A stretch of DNA of 63,341 nt, counting the filler. It is 8 parts of 8 records of this genome, joined end to end, with 100 filler letters (N's around TTAATTAATTAA, not from the genome) between each part and the next. Parts side by side here need not be neighbours in the genome. Positions count along the whole stretch, not along the records: positions 59,549 to 63,341 come from SRR20825010_949; 7 more parts are not named here. One strand, given 5' to 3'. Every line of letters starts with the position of its first letter. Positions within the stretch are counted from its first letter, which is position 1. The notes below the pieces were generated by a model. It was not told the DNA's origin, did not search any database, and was given only the letters and a program-made list of their open reading frames with translations. Both the position numbers and the translations under genes were made by a program. Below are positions 60,255 through 63,341 of this stretch, in pieces.

Positions 60255-61764
60255 AACGCCGCCTGTCGTCGTCACCGATACTCTCAAGAATGCCATCCGC
60301 ATCGTCGCGCTCGATCAGCGCGCCCGTGCCCGTGGCGTGCGCCTGAACCAGACGCTCAGCGACGCCCGTGCGCTGGTGCCCGATCTTGATTGCCATCCTG
60401 CAGACAACGAGGCAAACCGGGCGTTGCTCTTGAAGATCGCCGGCTGGTGCGAGCGCTACACGCCGCTTGTCGCGCTCGGCTCTGACCCCGAGTCCGGGCG
60501 CGATCACGGCCTGTTCATGGACATCACCGGCTGCGCCCATCTGCTCGGCGGCGAACAGGCTCTGGTCGCCGACCTGGAGGCACGGTTGCGCGCGCAGGGC
60601 TTTCATGTTCGGCTCTGCCTCGCCGACACGCCGGGTGCCGCCTGGGCCATGGCCCGCTACGGCCAGGATCGGATCATCGCCGAGGGCGCGCATGCCGAGG
60701 CGGTGCTGCCCTTGACGCTCAGCGGCCTGCGCCTGCCACCGGACATGGTCGTCGCCCTCGGCCGTGTCGGCCTCAAGACCATCGGCTGCATTGCCAGCCT
60801 GCCGCGCGCGCCGCTGGCCGCCCGCTTCGGCGCGCGGCTGATGCAGCGGCTCGATCAGGCCCTGGGTCGCGAGGCGGAGGCGATCTCACCGATCATGCCG
60901 GTGGCGGAGCTTTCCACCGAGCGCCGCTTCGCCGAGCCGGTCACCCACCAGGACGAGATCAGCCATGTGATCGGGGCCCTTGCCGCGGGCATCATCGAGC
61001 CGCTGGAACGCCGCGGCCTCGGCCTGCGCCGCTGCCGGGTCAGGCTGTTTAGGGTCGATGGTCACGTCAGCCAGCTCGATATGCAGACCGCCAGACCGCT
61101 GCGCGATCCCCGCATGATCGCCCGCCTGTTCGCCGAACGCATCGCCGGTCTGCATGATGATCTCGACGCCGGCTTCGGGTTCGACCTGATCCGGCTTGAT
61201 GTGGTCCATGCCGATCCGTTCGAGGGCGCCCAGACCGAGATGATGGCGCATCACGCCGCCGAACAGGGCCATGATGCCCTGGTCGACCGGCTCGGTGCGC
61301 GGCTGGGGCTGGACCGGGTTCAGCGCTTCGTGCTTGCCGACACCCACATTCCCGAACGCAGTTTCGGCCGCCAGCCGGTCGCCCATCTTGGCGCGCCGGG
61401 TTTGGCCGCCCGGAGATCGTCAGCCGGCAATGCCGCGCTGGCGCTTTCACCGGAAGCTCCCGGCGAAATCATCACCCGGCCGTTGATCCTGTTCGACCGG
61501 CCCGAGCTGATGCAGACCATCGCCGAGGTGCCTGACGGTCCGCCGCTCAGGTTTCGCTGGCGCAATGTCTCCTACGAGGTCGCCCGCTCCGAGGGGCCCG
61601 AGCGCATCGCCTGCGAATGGTGGCGCGATGGCCGTGGCGCCCGCACCCGCGATTACTTCCGCGTCGAGGATCGCCAGGGTTACCGCTTCTGGATGTTCCG
61701 CCACGGGCTTTACGGGCGCGAGACCAGCGAGCCCGCCTGGTACATGCACGGGCTCTTCGCATGA
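60112..61764 (+). CDS. imuB: ImuB inactive Y-family polymerase
   Basis: RYTPLVA, DITGCAHLLGGE, GPERIACEWW, RDYFRVED, WYMHGLFA. Confidence 0.93.
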   Translation: MPLQIQDPAPTRQRILSIAFPHLPTDRVHRARWGKSWIAGRILDAHPETPPVVVTDTLKNAIRIVALDQRARARGVRLNQTLSDARALVPDLDCHPADNEANRALLLKIAGWCERYTPLVALGSDPESGRDHGLFMDITGCAHLLGGEQALVADLEARLRAQGFHVRLCLADTPGAAWAMARYGQDRIIAEGAHAEAVLPLTLSGLRLPPDMVVALGRVGLKTIGCIASLPRAPLAARFGARLMQRLDQALGREAEAISPIMPVAELSTERRFAEPVTHQDEISHVIGALAAGIIEPLERRGLGLRRCRVRLFRVDGHVSQLDMQTARPLRDPRMIARLFAERIAGLHDDLDAGFGFDLIRLDVVHADPFEGAQTEMMAHHAAEQGHDALVDRLGARLGLDRVQRFVLADTHIPERSFGRQPVAHLGAPGLAARRSSAGNAALALSPEAPGEIITRPLILFDRPELMQTIAEVPDGPPLRFRWRNVSYEVARSEGPERIACEWWRDGRGARTRDYFRVEDRQGYRFWMFRHGLYGRETSEPAWYMHGLFA

Positions 61765-63341
61765 ACGAGATCTCTCCACCAAATGTGGGCTCGCCCCGCA
61801 TCGGGCCGGCCTATGTCGAACTGGCTGCTGCCAGCAATTTTTCCTTCCTGCGCGGCGCCTCGCATGCCGAGGAACTGGTGGTGCAGGCGTCCCGGTTGGG
61901 CCTCGGCGGCATCGCCATCACCGACCGCAATTCATTGGCCGGCGTGGTACGCGGTCACATGGCGGCGAAGGAGGCGGGACTCGCCTTTGCCACCGGCTGC
62001 CGGCTGGTGTTCATGGACGGAACGCCTGACATCCTGGTCTGGCCTCAGGACCGCGCGGCCTATGCCCATCTCTGCGAGTTGCTGACCACGGGAAAGCGCC
62101 GCGCGCCGAAGGGTGAATGCCATCTAGTGCTCGATGACCTGCTGGCCCATGGCCAGGGCCTGCTGATGGCCGTCGTCGCACCCGCCGCAGCCGCCGGGGC
62201 GGGTCTCGCCTCCGTGCTGGAGCGTTTGCGCGCGGGTTTTCCCGATCATCTATATCTGGCCCTGTCGCGCGCCCATGGCAGCGCCGACCAGCGCCATATG
62301 GCAAGCCTTGCCCGGCTGGCGCGTGAGCATCGCCTGCCGCTGGTGGCGATCGGCGACGTGCTCTACCACGCGCCCGAACGCCGGCCGCTGCAGGACGTGC
62401 TGACCTGCATCCGCGAGGGCAGGACGCTGGCGAGCGTTGGCACAAGGCTTGAGATCAATGCCGAGCGGCACCTGAAGTCGCATGCCGAGATGCTGCATCT
62501 GTTCAGGGACTACGAGGCAGCGGTGGCGCAAGCCGCCACCCTGTTCGGGCGCATCCGGTTTTCGCTCGATGAACTGCGCTATCAGTATCCCGATGCGCCG
62601 CTGTTTGCGGAACTCGGGCCGGAGCCCCTGCCGGCACAGGAGGCGCTGGAAAAGCTCACCGCCATCGGCCTGAAGAAGCGCTATCCGGGTGGCGCGCCGG
62701 ACAAGGTGCTGAAAGCCATCGCCCACGAGACGCAGCTGATCAAAAAACTCGATTACGCGCCCTATTTCCTCACCGTCTATGACATTGTCCGCTTTGCCCG
62801 CTCGCAAAAAATCCTCTGCCAGGGTCGCGGCTCGGCCGCCAATTCGGCTGTGTGCTACTGTCTCGAGATCACCGAGGTCGATCCCGGCAAGGTCGATCTC
62901 CTGTTCGAACGCTTCATTTCCGAGGAACGCAACGAGCCGCCCGACATCGATGTCGATTTCGAGCACGAGCGGCGCGAGGAGGTGATCCAGTACATATACG
63001 CGAAGTATGGACGCGACAGGGCAGGGCTCGCCGCCACCGTCATCACCTACCGCGCCCGCTCGGCGATCCGCGAGGTCGGCAAGGTGTTCGGGCTTTCCGA
63101 CGATGCGATTTCCGCAATCTCCGGCACCAAGTGGGGCGGCTGGTCGCGCGAGGTCGATGCCGAGGACGCGCGCCGGGCAGGTCTCGATCCGTCCGACAAG
63201 CACCTGGCGCAGATGCTCGATCTCGCCTCCCAGATCACCGGTTTCCCGCGCCATCTCTCCCAGCATGTTGGCGGCTTCGTCATCACCCGCGACAAGCTCT
63301 CCTCGCTGATCCCGATCGAGAACGCCGCGATGGAGGACCGC
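61761..63341 (+). CDS. dnaE2: Error-prone DNA polymerase DnaE2 (ImuC), runs off the window
   Basis: ATGA overlap with imuB; SNFSFLRGASH, QGRGSAANS, RNEPPDIDVDFEH, PRHLSQHVGGF. Confidence 0.95.
   Translation, partial: MNEISPPNVGSPRIGPAYVELAAASNFSFLRGASHAEELVVQASRLGLGGIAITDRNSLAGVVRGHMAAKEAGLAFATGCRLVFMDGTPDILVWPQDRAAYAHLCELLTTGKRRAPKGECHLVLDDLLAHGQGLLMAVVAPAAAAGAGLASVLERLRAGFPDHLYLALSRAHGSADQRHMASLARLAREHRLPLVAIGDVLYHAPERRPLQDVLTCIREGRTLASVGTRLEINAERHLKSHAEMLHLFRDYEAAVAQAATLFGRIRFSLDELRYQYPDAPLFAELGPEPLPAQEALEKLTAIGLKKRYPGGAPDKVLKAIAHETQLIKKLDYAPYFLTVYDIVRFARSQKILCQGRGSAANSAVCYCLEITEVDPGKVDLLFERFISEERNEPPDIDVDFEHERREEVIQYIYAKYGRDRAGLAATVITYRARSAIREVGKVFGLSDDAISAISGTKWGGWSREVDAEDARRAGLDPSDKHLAQMLDLASQITGFPRHLSQHVGGFVITRDKLSSLIPIENAAMEDR

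Noticed and set aside
23456-63341. One large DNA-repair island (smr, mmcB, ligase/exonuclease, tag, imuABC)
   Set aside because: These genes lie on four different contigs; their proximity is an artefact of concatenation.

Overview
This window is not one locus. It is eight unrelated bacterial contigs joined by 100-nt spacers (44 N + TTAATTAATTAA + 44 N); taxonomic labels below are inferred from gene order, GC and protein style. (1) 1-13876, Marinobacter-like gammaproteobacterium: phoH-ybeY-corC-lnt, leuS-lptE-holA, an endonuclease I homologue, two acyl-CoA dehydrogenases, and structured palindromic repeats. (2) 13977-23345, Cytophagales-like Bacteroidota: ilvA-thrABC, a 58-aa lipopeptide gene missing from the ORF track, and a TPR membrane protein. 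(3) 23446-27166, alphaproteobacterium: smr-XRE-mmcB/cupin, a ~700-nt gap without credible genes, hldD-hldE. (4) 27267-41586, Muricauda/Flagellimonas-like flavobacterium: SCO, feoAB, an ECF sigma/anti-sigma operon and others. (5) 41687-50061 and (6) 50162-53306, Rhodobacteraceae-like. (7) 53407-59448, alphaproteobacterial liu (leucine catabolism) cluster. (8) 59549-63341, imuA-imuB-dnaE2. Most genes are housekeeping. Best novel candidates: a ~465-nt multi-stem non-coding RNA (25544-26010) with its own sigma70 promoter flanked by two NrdR-like boxes; a small lipopeptide paired with an output-less TPR receptor-like protein (21677-23197); and a repeat family with covarying stems (1-30, 4726-4980). 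All structure calls were made by eye, with no database search or folding program.
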